A stretch of DNA of 47,722 nt, filler included, from Catajapyx aquilonaris (Eukaryota), in NCBI GenBank assembly GCA_000934665.2. It is 2 parts of 2 records of this genome, joined end to end, with 100 filler letters (N's around TTAATTAATTAA, not from the genome) between each part and the next. Parts side by side here need not be neighbours in the genome. Positions count along the whole stretch, not along the records: positions 23,924 to 47,722 come from JYFJ02005625.1; 1 more part is not named here. One strand, given 5' to 3'. Positions 36,186 to 47,722 of this stretch are shown here, one piece after another. The notes under the pieces were generated by a model. The model searched no databases, was not told the DNA's origin, and saw only the letters and a list, made by a program, of their open reading frames with translations. The number at the start of each line of letters is the position of its first letter. Position 1 is the first letter of the stretch. A program made the position numbers and the translations under genes.

Positions 36186-36790
36186 CTCTTCTTACCCTCC
36201 TGAATTTTGAATATTTTTGGATTTTCTAATTCTGCTTGGCCTATAGTGTTGAGAAAACATCACCTGCGCTGCTAATTTCCACGTTAGCAGGGTGAAAATA
36301 CAGCCAAAAGGCGATGTTCCGAAGCATCCTGTCGCGAGTCGCCGGCCAGAGTCAATGAGGGATAAGGTACAGGCAGGCCGTAAAGGTCCGCCATCTTTGA
36401 TAGTTTTGCCATGGCACTCACGGCAAGAACACGCGCGAAATTGAATATTTTTGCCGTATGAGCTCCTTTAATGCACTTTTCTACGTATTAATTCCGTAAG
36501 TACGGCAAAAATATTCAAATTCGCGCGTGTTCTTGCCGTGAAGTGCCATGGCAAAACTATCAAAGATGGCGGACCATTACGGCCTGCCTGTACCCTATTT
36601 ATCGCTCGTTGGCTCTGGCTGGCGACTCGAGACAGGATGCAAGTGTTGTGGCTTCGGAACATCGCATTTTGGCTGTATTTTCACCCTGCTAACGTGGAAA
36701 TTAGCAGCGGAGGTGATGTTTTCTCAACAATGTAGGACAAGCAGAATTAGAAATTCCAAAAAATCTCAAAATTCAGGAGGGTAAGAAAAG
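36186..36790. mobile_element. Palindromic MITE with piggyBac-like termini
   Basis: Arms of about 270-290 bp with high identity; (G)TAA-CTCTT...AAAAG-TTA(G) ends. Confidence 0.8.
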
Positions 36791-37849
36791 TTAGGCCTAT
36801 AAGCGGATGGTGTAGAATTTTCATGCTACATATCCATGTACGCTATGGGCCACCTTATTGTAGCCTATAATGCAGGGTGTCCCACTAGTTACTTTGCGCA
36901 GTGTTTCTGTAATAACTTTAACCCGAATTAAGATATCGCAACGAAATATGAACTGAACTAACCTTATAGCCCAGGAGTTTAGGTTTTTACCCGGACATAA
37001 GTAATGTAAAGCTAAAAATTTGCACACAGGCTCTGTTTGGCATGCTGAACAACATATCAAAAGTCCCCGACTATCCCCTGTCCGCGTCATGCTTTTTTGG
37101 CTTAAGAAGTACATAAGTGACACTTGCCTTGGAATTGGCTACAAAATCGAAACTACTTGTCCGATTTTGCTCGGATTCCTCTTAAAATGTTTAAAGTTGG
37201 ATGCACAACGTGACTATCAGGTCATCATATCACCTGCAGGTCAAGGTCACCGTGAAAACGCCCGCCAAGTTTGAATTTTCTCCTTGCACTTTTGAAAACA
37301 TGAAAATAATCCGTTCCGCATAGCAGATTCGACAAAATGTGTAGGACGGAAAAGGTTTCCTCGCATTCGCACCTTTACAACGATATCACTGGCATATTTG
37401 TGTGATCATCTGTTTAAAAACTGTCAAAGTATTTGATATTGTTCTGAGCGCGGTGCCATCGTGCTAGTCTGAGCGGTATATACACTTGGAAAAACAGTAT
37501 AAAATACTGCAAATTCTTACAGAAAGCAAGCCACCTTGCACATACGTTCCATAGACTAAGCCGATGAATGTGACCCGCAGCACCCTGACCCTTGACCTTG
37601 TTGCGTCAAAATGGCGACCGTTTTGGAAAAAAGATCATACATTTTTTGAAAATTCCAAATTGCCTCTCCATGGCAATGTTGGTGTCATTTCCACATAATT
37701 CGAGGTCGCTAAGACGATTGGTAACATGCAGGAGGTCATAAGGTCACTAGTTTGGGACCTATGTCTCTTTCAAGTTCCCAGGGATTAGTTTGCTGCGTCC
37801 TGGGGTCAGTAGCTTGCTGACTGAATTTCAAAGGTACCCACGGCGAAAA

Positions 37850-38960
37850 GAGTAAGGGAACACGTCGTAATGAACTATACCACTTTTGTTTACCAGTTCC
37901 ATACAATACCCACAGTTTCCTTAGATCAAGAACGTTGAGTCTGTGATTATAAAAAAATGCACCCGCCAACACCAGCACATCAGTATATCGGAGCATCGAA
38001 TAACAGAACTCTTAGCTCAATAATTCTGCACTGCATACTTCAATGCAGTATAATTGAGTGATCTGACTGTGAGATCAAAAACTGTCAAGACCACTCTTAA
38101 ATGAGCAAAAACTGATGATTACTTAACTGTCACTCGTACTGTACAATCTTGAAACTTTTTACATCAATATGTTGCCGGAGTTCAGCTACAAACACAGTCA
38201 TGTGCAATTAAGACCACATGAGACATGACATTAAAATTTGTAATTGCTGCCTTGCTGTACGTATTTGTTACATCCCCTAACAGTGGACTTGGTCGTTTTT
38301 TATCTCAGACCTCCCAACTTTTCCATCAGCTACTTCTTCCATCTCGACAGACGAAGCATAGATAAGAGAGGCTTCTTTCCTTGATGAATGAACTACGCCT
38401 CCCACATTTTGTAACAATATTCAGCACGTAAGACTTGATTTGGGCACTCCACTGCTCGAAAGATTTAAGTTCGTGCTTTGGCTTCACCATGTGGACCAAA
38501 GCAGCACCATCGTATCCCACTATATCACATCTCTCTGGCTGTTGGGATAACAGTCATAACACACATAAGCTCTCCAAAATGGGTACTATAGAGGAGGCTG
38601 CTTCCTTCTGTCCCTATCCTATCCCAAAGAGCACAGTAAAATGAAAGGAAAGAGCTCCAGGCAAAACAAACTTCCCCCCTAAAGAGCCGATGGCTCATAA
38701 CGGGGTATGAATTATTATTAATATTATTATTACTAGAGGAGTCTTCGATCCTGGATGGTGATGATCTCCACAATTCAGATAGAAAAATATGATTCTCATG
38801 TTTTAAAAAAAAGAATCCACGTCTAGCTGTCAATGTGGGCTGACAATGAAGAGGCGCCAGAATAATATTGCAAGAGTGCTTTCAGCTGCTTGGCTTGTGT
38901 CTTTTGATTTTTGAACAAACCTCGTCTTCATAGAGAAGATTTTGACATTCTATTTACTGA
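37850..38960 (-). pseudogene. Decayed Academ(X)-like transposon ORF remnant (XPG/PIN-like nuclease region)
   Basis: Ordered minus-strand motifs FFLKHEN, DGAALVHMVKP, QSDHSIILH (resembling EADTRIILH), YTDVLVL and LWVLYGTGK; stops and frameshifts. Confidence 0.55.
38596..38730 (+). mobile_element. SINE family D, 5'-truncated copy
   Basis: GCTTCC..TCCCTATCCTATCCCAAA...CCCCCTAAAGAGCC..ATAACGGGGTA matches the reverse complement of 22831-22950; TACTA(TA)GAGGAG on both flanks. Confidence 0.75.
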
Positions 38961-39619
38961 TTGGCGAATACATCTAGATCTACGAGCAGCCTTGCGTGCA
39001 GAAGCCTCCTAGCAGTCGCAGCCATACCAGAATACGTGGGAGAATTCAACCCACGTTATACCAGACCAATCTGAGCAAACCTTACCCTACCTCCCCCCTC
39101 TGCGGTTGGAGATTGTACAATTTAATGGAAATATATGGCTATGGAACAAAATTTTCTGTCTGACAATTACTTCCCTCCTTACGACATCTTACAGTTGACC
39201 AGGAATTAGAAACTGTCACACGAGCTGTACATTCAAACTTGTGGACAGTTTGGGAAGAGGTGTAGCTCAGTCTTTGAAAAGAAAAATTGTATGCATACTG
39301 AATATATTAACACACCTTACATCCTTCCATGTCTGAATACATGTTGAACTCATATGTATATACACCTTATGCTAATTAAAAAGTTAATTATTAACGCTCT
39401 GCCCAACGTGTCCGTGATTTACGGACACTCACTTTGAGGATTTGTTTGCAAATCATCTATAAATCGGAAATGAATGAAGTTTTCGGCATATTCACAAGGA
39501 AAACAAGCAGAATTCAGCACAAAAATCACATGCTCAAATGCTTTGTCGGACTTTTTCGTATCACCTATCTTCCGGCGGCTATATTGGAAAAGGTGCTATG
39601 CGCAATGATAGAGATTGTA

Positions 39620-40360
39620 CGAGGCGAATCAGAAAGTAATTGATAACCTTTTTAATTCAGAGGTTTCACTACAGAAATTGAAGCTGAGATATACATATGA
39701 AAGTGCAAGTCTTTCTCTAATTTTCGACATAGTCGCCATACAATTTGGTGCATTTTTCCCATCAGGACACGAGTTTTTCCATACCCCTGCAGAAAAAAGA
39801 GTCCGGCTGCTGGGTGGGAAGCTAGTGGGGAATGGCCTCTTTCACTTCTTCGATGTCGCTGAAGTTCTGACCTGGCAGGTGCTTCTTCATTGGTCCAAAG
39901 AGATGGTAGACCATGGGTAAAACCACCTCTTTGGAAGAAAAAAGAAGCACTAGCTTCTCAAGAACTCAGTGACATCGAGGAAGCGGTGAAAGAATCCATC
40001 CCACACTGGCTTCCCACTTGGCTGAAGTTCTGACCTGCCACCTGCTTCTTTTTTGGTCCAAAAATATGGTTGTAACCATACCCATCTCTTTGGACCAATG
40101 AAGAAGCACATGGCAGATCATAACTTCAGCGACATCGAGGAAGTGAAAGAGGCTATCCCCCACTGTCTTTACACCCAGCCGGAAGCTTTTTTCTGCAGAG
40201 TATGGAAAAACTCGTCCTGATGGGACAAATGCACCAAATTGCATGGTTACTATGTCTCAAATAAGAGGGAGACTTGCACTTTCATATGTATATCTCAGCT
40301 TCAATTTCTGTAGTGAAACCTCTGAATTAATGTTATCAATTACTTTCTGATTCGCCCTCG
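39620..40360. mobile_element. mariner-derived palindromic element built from inverted right ends
   Basis: TA-CGAGG...CCTCG-TA; arms encode the mariner C-terminus HLFGPMKKHL..FSDIEEVKEAI...GMEKL..WEKC...GDYVE. Confidence 0.9.
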
Positions 40361-40519
40361 TATTATGAAGCTTAGATCAATTCTGGGAATTTAGAAATTA
40401 ATTAGATCGGTTTGTAAGAAATATTTTGCATTGAATCGTTCTTTGAACCCATAAACTTCACCGCTACGATTTTTCTGATCCCTGAGTAGCCGTATAGAAA
40501 TTAGTTAGAGCTGTTATTC

Positions 40520-41150
40520 TACGCAAGTTCTGGATAGGTGAAAGAGTAGGAAACTGTGTGACTGTATCGGAAGAACTTGTGCACATGACAGTCATACTGA
40601 CTAAACACAGCGGTTGCCGCAGTAAAGACAAACAATATTAGGTTGCCAGGCGAAGTTGCAGGGATTGTTAACCGTTATCGATTGAGGCGAGTAGTAGCTA
40701 TCTTGAACGGGATAATCTATAGGCAGAAGAAGCGTTGTTAACCTCACCAGAATTCGACTAGAAGGTGAGCTCAGCATTCATGACAGCCACTGATTACGCC
40801 GCTGAGTCTAGCAATGTACTCACTGAGTAAGTTGCTAAACCCAGCGGCGTATTACCTCTGAAATAAGTCAACAACAATGACAACAAAAAATGGCAACTAA
40901 AATAATTCATTCTAGAGGCGAGAGACATGAAGGGACCGAAACGATTGGGAGAAGCTAAGCCTAGGCTAGCAATCTTTGACTTGGGTAAGTAGTGCGAATC
41001 ATTCTCTATATAGGATGGCTCTCAAGTTTGCAAGCATAGGTAATTTCATTACAATTGTTGGTTGCCAAGTTGCCAGTGTTGTCAACCAACAATTTTTTAA
41101 AATTGCCTATGTGTTTAGGCTTTTGGACGTATAATTTCATGAAATACTGG
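40520..41150 (+). repeat. Duplicated block, copy 2 (MDP-1-like gene B upstream region and exon 1)
   Basis: Colinear with 25340-25985. Confidence 0.9.
40927..40984 (+). CDS. MDP1: MDP-1-like gene B, coding exon 1 (MKGPKRLGEAKPRLAIFDL+G); remaining exons not found in the window
   Basis: Retains HAD motif I FDL(D); G|GTAAGT donor at the same position as in gene A. Confidence 0.8.
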
Positions 41151-41595
41151 TGGCACACAATATATTATTCAGGCCACAAAGACAGGTCATGTGACACATG
41201 CTAAATCCCATCACTCTGTAAAATACCGTTTTTTGGGGGGTGGGCGACTAGCCGTATCTCCAGAGCAAACCCGTGCAAATGGTATTCTTGTGGGACGTAA
41301 TTAAAGCGATGCTCCGAATTTCGTCATGATATTTTGACAACCCAAGGGATGCCCAAGGGTCAATTTTCCTTGAAAGCTCGGTGAACTGACATGCAATGAC
41401 CCATTGCATTGATATGTTCATATTGTTGGGGCCTGGGGGGAGCAAGGAGAGGAGACGAGAGTAAAGTTGTCAGTGCGTATTGTGGGAATTAGGCTCATTT
41501 TCGGAAGCTGAAACCTGCGGCAAGTAACCATATAGGTAAATCAACGAGGTGCAGCAGCATCCCCCTGGATTTCTATAGCGAATCCACAAACTTCC

Positions 41596-43500
41596 TCAAA
41601 TAGTATAGGATATAGAAGATAACAATTTTTTAAAGAAAAACAATTGAATTTCATTTATAACCTGGCATTTATTTGGGCCCAACATTTGTACTCTGTAAGT
41701 TATAATGGGAAGAATGTGCAGGTAAAAATGTGTGATGGCGACTTGTCGGCCTATGTCTCGAATTTTTAATTTTGTGAGAGTGTGCCAAAAGAGATTTATC
41801 GCGGCGTTTGCTTTGTTCTTGAAATAGTGTGAGGCAATTTGAAACTCTCCTGACATACTGTACAGAGAATGGAATACCTAGCTAGGTAAGTACAGTATAT
41901 GAATATCCGAATATACTTGCCCATGCCCAACCTCAGTGTAGTTCGCCCACCCCCAAAAAGTGGAGTGGTGAGGGTAATAAACAAAATGTGATACAAAATC
42001 TTCATTATGATAATCTGGACTTTAGAATGGATAATTATGAATTGTAACATTGGAGTTAGGAGGACACGAAAGTTTAAGTTGATTTGACAGTTAACAACTG
42101 AAATAAGTATGATTACACCTTGGACAGAGAATTTCGGTGGGGTCTGGTAAATATTGATGCCATTACGTTTGTATGTTACTTAGCAGGACATTAATTTTAA
42201 AAATGAACCTGAGGGGCCACACAAATCCTAAAACAGCATTAAAATTAATTACAAAAAAATCTACCACGGAATTTTAAAATGTTCATCGCGGCTTGCAGAT
42301 GTCGAATTTTCTGTCCATTTTTAATGCAAGGATTTTAAAAACCATTTCATGTTAATTGAATTGGATTTTTTATCGTAGCACATTGGACTGAGTTCTAAAT
42401 AGACAATGTTGTCACATTTTTATTTATTTATAAATAACACCGTTAATGTTGTACACCAGCGTGTAGCAAATTCAGAAAAAGTCCGCGAGCCATAATATTT
42501 TTAAAATTCTGTGTTAGTTTTTTGTAATTAATTTTAATAAACTATCGTCGGTTTTGTGTGTCCCCTTTGGTTAACTGTTAAAATTAACGTCCTGCTAAGT
42601 AACATATATACGTAGTGGCAGCAATTTTTACCATGCCCCACAGGAATTCACAGTTCAAGGTGTAATCATATTTATTTCAGTTGGGTAACTGTCAAATCAA
42701 CTTAAACTTTGGTGTCCGCCTAACTCCATTGTTACGCTTCATTATTATATCTTCTAAAGTCCAGATAATCTTAACTGTGATTTTTTATCACATTTTGTTT
42801 ATTACCCCACCACTCCATTTTTTGGAGGTGGGCGAACTACACTGGGGATGGGCAAGTAGTCTATTAGATGCGGTTATGCGTGCTTTATCCCACCAAAACG
42901 AATGACTTGGATGCTTACCACCACGTCGAAAACACAGTACGTATGTTTTGCTTATAGTTACTCTCCGATTCACATATGTCGTCTAAACCTTTTTGGATAT
43001 CCATAAGCCCGGAAGTAGTGCCCACCATGCCGGACCATACCACTCAACATCAAAATGTGCAGTTTGTGTAGCGCTGCAGATACCGCATGGGCTGCCCATG
43101 ATAATTCGGCATTCGAATTACATGTACCATCACTGTTTCTTCGAGAAAACCAGCGATACCGGGGCCTAAGTTTGCGGCGGCTTACCCCCTATGGCGTATG
43201 TATATCCGAAAAGGTTCGGATGCGAATCGGAGAGTATCAGGAGGTTATTTTTATCGAAATAATCACACGGAGGGTATTTATGTTACGTTGTAAATAAAGA
43301 AGGTTGTCAGTTAGGACAACTGAGTCATCGGCGTAAACTAAAACTATAATATCTTCCAAACCAGGGCCTAGGTTTGCATCGTGTTCGATTAGGAAATCTT
43401 CCAGTTCTGATAACAAAAGGTTAAACAAAGCAGGGCTCATTGATTCCCCTTGTGGAAGACCATTCACAATTTAAATATTACTTCGGCCCCCAATTTCACT
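41596..43500 (-). pseudogene. Decayed non-LTR retrotransposon ORF2 (reverse transcriptase, CR1/L2-group-like), split by a foldback insertion
   Basis: GLPQGESMSPALFNL...YADD (43237-43467), then VTISKTYVLCFRRGG, and after the insertion YLGIPFS...KANAAI...EIQLFFFKKLL. Confidence 0.8.
41914..42858. mobile_element. Foldback element with imperfect arms of about 400 bp
   Basis: TACTTGCCCAT..CAGTGTAGTTCGCCCACC vs GGTGGGCGAACTACACTG..ATGGGCAAGTA; complementarity continues to about 42320/42465. Confidence 0.8.
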
Positions 43501-44547
43501 GGTTATCTCCATTTCACTGTATTTTAATTTATTGCATTAATGTGAGCATATTGTGGATTACGCCAATTTTACTTGATTTCTAAAATAATAATCAGTGATT
43601 TATTGAATCAAACCGGACTTTGGTTAGGTCTGCATCTGTGTCAGAGTTACGGCGACCCGACCATAAAGGCCCCGCGCCAATGTATCTCATCATCCACAAT
43701 TATACAAAAGCTAATCAAAACAAGAATTTACATTACTGTCCTCACAAAAGGAACTCCAATCAAAATAGCACGATTTAATAGAATTTACGTTAGAGAAATT
43801 GCATTTATATTTTAAAATGAAACGATAACTGAGCCAAATAAGATCTGAAAAGCTGATAGTTCTCAACTGTTAAATTTTAATGTACATTTAATGCAAGTTT
43901 TCCGGTAAATTTATGCAAATTTTAAGATTTCTAAAAGCAAAAACAAGTATGGAAGGAAAAATAGGGGGGGGGGGGAGGGGGAGGGGGAAGCAATGCCCTG
44001 AATGCTCAAAGTCCCAACCCTACTCCAGCACTCCCATACGCATCCCACAGGCCCCAGCCCAGTGTCCCGCCCCGAAACTAAGCATTTATGTCCGACAGCA
44101 CTGCGTCCGCCCGTAGACAAAAGGTGTTGAACACCTACCAGACCTGAGTCACCAGGGCAGTCCGTGAGCAGGGCCAGCCTAGTCCTCTGGACACTGCAGC
44201 GATCCTGAGCAGTTTTCGGGTCATTTCTGGGAGGGAGCAGGTCCAGACGGGAATATATACCTTTAGGTTTACTTATGTTACCTTTGGATCAGGGTGTTTA
44301 GCGTGAAGAGAACATCTAAATTCTAAACACATTTACCTTGACAAAGGGCTGCTCGCCAGTCAGGAATTTATACGGTATTTAGTTGGTGGGTGTCTGCCCA
44401 TTTACGCAATCTATTGGATATGATAAGCAGTAAAAATCTTAAAGGAGTACACTACACACAGGCTCATCCCCATTATACTGGCGAGGATTATCCGTGTATC
44501 TCCAAAAAGTAAAATTTTAAATTAAAGTCCGGACGATTGTGTCAAAT

Positions 44548-44936
44548 TTTCGTCACACACGAGGCCACCATGGCAGCGCTGCCGCATAAATTAGGCAGCG
44601 CTTCTCCGGCAGCGCTGCAGATTTGATCGCCACCACACACGGACGCGCTGCAAGCGGAGCACGGTCTCAAAATGCACGTCTGGCGGTACGAAAAGTCGTG
44701 CGTCTCGTGTGAAAGGCTTCAAATGATTCAATGCAAACACGTGGCAGCGAATTCTGTTGGCGGCGCCAAAAATCGCCATGTCTGCCACCAGTATTTCTGG
44801 TAGCGCTGCCAAGGACGCGGCCACCACCACGTGTGAAAGGCTCCATTTGCAGCAATGCAAAGACGTGGCGGTGCCGCCAGGGTGCCGCCTTGGCAGCGCG
44901 TCCATGCTGCTGGTGGTCTCGTGTGAAAATAACCTA
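44548..44936. mobile_element. GC-rich MITE, Harbinger-like
   Basis: CACACGAGGCCACCA vs TGGTGGTCTCGTGTG; internal GGCAGCG and GTGTGAAA repeats; TAA on the right flank. Confidence 0.55.
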
Positions 44937-45316
44937 AGTAGTATAGCCTACATGAAAAACCTTGAAAGTCTCATTTTTTTACGGTGTCTATGACCATTTT
45001 TCGATTACCCGTGTTTTCCGATTATCCAGCAACACCTATGCAGTCTTTAGCTCGGATAATCGGGAGTACAGTATAGGTGAATAAAGCAATCGGTCTGTAA
45101 TTTTCCGGATTGTTTTTATCTCCGGATTTGAAAATTTGCATTATTATACTGTAGCTTGGGCCCAGTTGTTGGGATAGATTTCATTTTCTTACATATTGCA
45201 TAATTCGCAGATTTTGTGTAAGACTTTCCTAAGGTTCATAGAACGAGAAGCAAGCAAAGCGTTGGGAATATAATATGGATATGGGCCAGGAGAGATTTTA
45301 ACACACAATTTTTTAA

Positions 45317-46660
45317 CCCTTTAATTGATAATGTCCCTCCTGAGGGACATTCAATTTCAAAAATTTTTAACGGGCCCGCCAGAAAGAAAGTGCGCGAAAA
45401 TGGATGCCCATCATCTGACACCGAACCTCGACTAACTCACATGTGTACTTCGCCATCTGTTGGGAAAAGCTTGCACCAGAAAAACACAAGAGAAATCCAA
45501 CATGGCGGCCGCTTCAGAAGCGGTTGCCTCGCAGCCGGTAAGAAACTCTTTTTTTAAAATTGCCGTAACATGGTTTTGAGAGACATGAAATTAGCTCCAG
45601 TGAGTGCATGAAGCATGTGATCAGACCAGCCTCTCAGTTCTCTCATAAAACTAATATTACGATCGTAATAGTTGGCTATTAACCTATGTACCCCAGGAGG
45701 GACATTGCCAATTCAAGGGTGATTTATGATTTCAGTTTGTGCACTGGAAGTTCTACCTTTGAAGGAGTAGATTTCTCAGAAGAGGAAGAGCAGATGGGTG
45801 TTGGAGGAAAGGTTGTGGTGCAGCAATGTAAAACGATTGATGATAGGAAGGAGACTGTGGTGTATTTTGATAATTTCTTTTGCAGTCTAGAACTGATCAT
45901 GTACCTCAAAGACAATTTGGACTTGCACAGCCTGGGAACACTGAGAGAGAATCGTCTGAGGGGGTGTGAGCTAATGTCTCTAAAGGATATGAAAAAAGAA
46001 GGGAGGGGAGCGATTTGATTACAAAGTTGATAATGCTGCAGGAATTGCCGTAGTAAAATGGCTGTACAGCAAGGCTGTTCTCCTAGTAAGTTCATGCTCA
46101 TCAGTTGAGCCCTGGGATATTGCAAAAAGGTGAAAAAAGGGTTCCAAGTTAACTGCCCAAATGTGGTAAGGGAGTATAAGTGTATATAACACATGGGTGG
46201 CGTAGATTCGGCCGACATGTTGGTGGCACTCTACAGAACTCGACTTAAAACACGAAGGTGGTACTTGACCATTTTTGCGCAGATGATAGATGTGGCAGTC
46301 ATTAACGGGCGGTTGTTGTACCGCAGAGACATGGCACTTCTAGGTAGGAGGAAAGCAGTAAGCCTGAAGGAATTCCGCATGGATGTTGGTAATGCTTTGA
46401 TTCAGTCAGGGAAGCCTAAAAGAGGTAGACCATCCCCTCAGCATACTCAGCCATCAAAAAAATAAAGACACCCACTTTTCCAAGACCAGGCTGTGACATC
46501 TGATATGATGGGATTGGCCATTTCCCTATTGTTGGGGTGAAGGGAAGATGCAGGCTGTGCAGTTCGGGAAAAACAAAAGTAATGTGCCAAAAGTGTGACT
46601 TGCGATTGTGTTTACTGGAAAACGGGAACTGTTTTTTTTTCATTTCCATAACAAGCAGTG
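45317..46660 (+). mobile_element. Internally deleted, decayed piggyBac transposon (PGBD2/3-like transposase remnant at about 45720-46660)
   Basis: TTAA-CCCTTT left end; YFDNFF, LGTLRENRLRGC, HMGGVDSAD, RWY and a C-terminal Cys-rich domain (CRLC...CQKC.L.LC...CF..FH); frameshifts and stops. Confidence 0.9.
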
Positions 46661-46973
46661 ATCTGTAGGTAACTTCTTCTTACGGAAGTGAAAAAAAAAA
46701 GTTATTGTGAATACTTGTTATGGGAGTGAAATTGTGAAAGGTCTGTTTGTAATACATAATATGTGGTGGTTTATGTGATACCTGTGTCACCTACATCAAA
46801 CCATATGTTTTTATCAAGGGAATATGTTGTTTTTACTAACTTATTCTTATACTGAATAAACTATATCATTCCATGTGTCATTGTCTTCCTTGTGATATCC
46901 CTAATTTGTTAATGCATCTCTGGAGATAAGTACCGTACAGTTCGTATTTTCGGAGCTACAGCGACTTGAAAAG

Positions 46974-47440
46974 GACTTTTCACTCGCTGAAGGGTGGCCA
47001 ATCCGCAATTACGGGCCTCCGGGGCCAAAACGGGAGTGGCGCCATATCAGCATTTGAAGAGTATGGTCTCAAGGACATTCGTACCAAATTTCATGCTTTT
47101 ATCACCAAGTGCACTGATGACCCTTATTGTTTCGTCCCTTAACTCCATGACAATGTATGTGTCGCGGTAGCTTCGAAAATATGGACTGTACGAGGAAAAG
47201 GTACTGTAAACTTTTTGTAGCATACATGTTTCTCTACAACTTTCGTTTGGAACATATCAGCCCGAGAAGCATAGTTCGCTCATAAAAAGACTTTTCACTC
47301 GCTGCAGGGTAGCCAACCCGCAAAGACGGGGCCTCCTGGTCGAAAACGGGCGTGGCACCATATCTGGATTTGAAGAGTAGGGTCGCAAGGACATTTGTAC
47401 CAAATTTCATACTTTCATCACCAGACGCACGGTTGACCCA
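46974..47440 (+). repeat. Two diverged direct copies of an approximately 145-bp element fragment (46974-47120, 47289-47440)
   Basis: Shared GACTTTTCACTCGCTG...ATTTGAAGAGTA...GTACCAAATTTCAT. Confidence 0.8.
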
Positions 47441-47722
47441 GGGTATATAGAAGGAAGGGTAGAGCCATAACGGATCGGGCCAATTATAGCGCAGCGGTAG
47501 TGACGTCACCGGGATGACAATATTTCCCGCCAATTATGAAAGACAGGCTCTGGGCATGGGGAAACGGGCTTGTGCCCGCTTGTGCCTGCGATTAGAGACT
47601 GAAACTCAGGTGATGTGCCATGTACTGTACGATGTATTCTGATTGAAGGGAATGTGCTCAGTACTCACCTCTCACTGTCGCCCACCACCTGGGCGCAAAT
47701 GAAGGCCGGATTGGACCCACTT

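Noticed and set aside
42111..42122. GATTACACCTTG (DYTL) as exon 2 of MDP-1-like gene B
   Set aside because: There is no AG acceptor, the downstream residues do not resemble MDP-1, and it lies inside a foldback arm
45686..46465. Domesticated PGBD gene
   Set aside because: N-terminal deletion, frameshifts and stops, together with a retained transposon left end, indicate a dead element

Overview
Eukaryotic genomic DNA, probably from an invertebrate (arthropod-like); AT-rich, intron-containing and dense in transposons, with three N gaps. Host genes (+ strand): (i) two divergent tandem paralogs encoding uncharacterised two-transmembrane proteins that share an N-terminal G-x3-A-[LV]-A-[IL]-R-x-E-R-K motif (1888-2646; 9699-9956 spliced to 12454-13023); (ii) a four-exon MDP-1 (magnesium-dependent phosphatase 1, HAD family) homolog with an intact ORF but all four catalytic motifs substituted (25754-35245), followed by the first coding exon of a near-identical tandem duplicate that keeps the catalytic Asp (40927-40984); (iii) a tRNA-Gln-derived RNA at 7027-7100 with perfect stems whose anticodon arm is remodelled into an 8-bp stem and 6-nt loop. 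The rest is mobile DNA: four tRNA-derived SINE families (three sharing a 3' stem-loop tail), many MITEs and foldbacks (hAT, Kolobok/T2, Tc1/mariner, P, Harbinger, MULE, piggyBac and CACTA types), a 5.2-kb Sola-like foldback carrying six nested insertions, and decayed piggyBac, LINE and Academ-like coding remnants. No prokaryotic features or CRISPR arrays were seen. All family assignments come from motif recognition by eye; no database searches were run.
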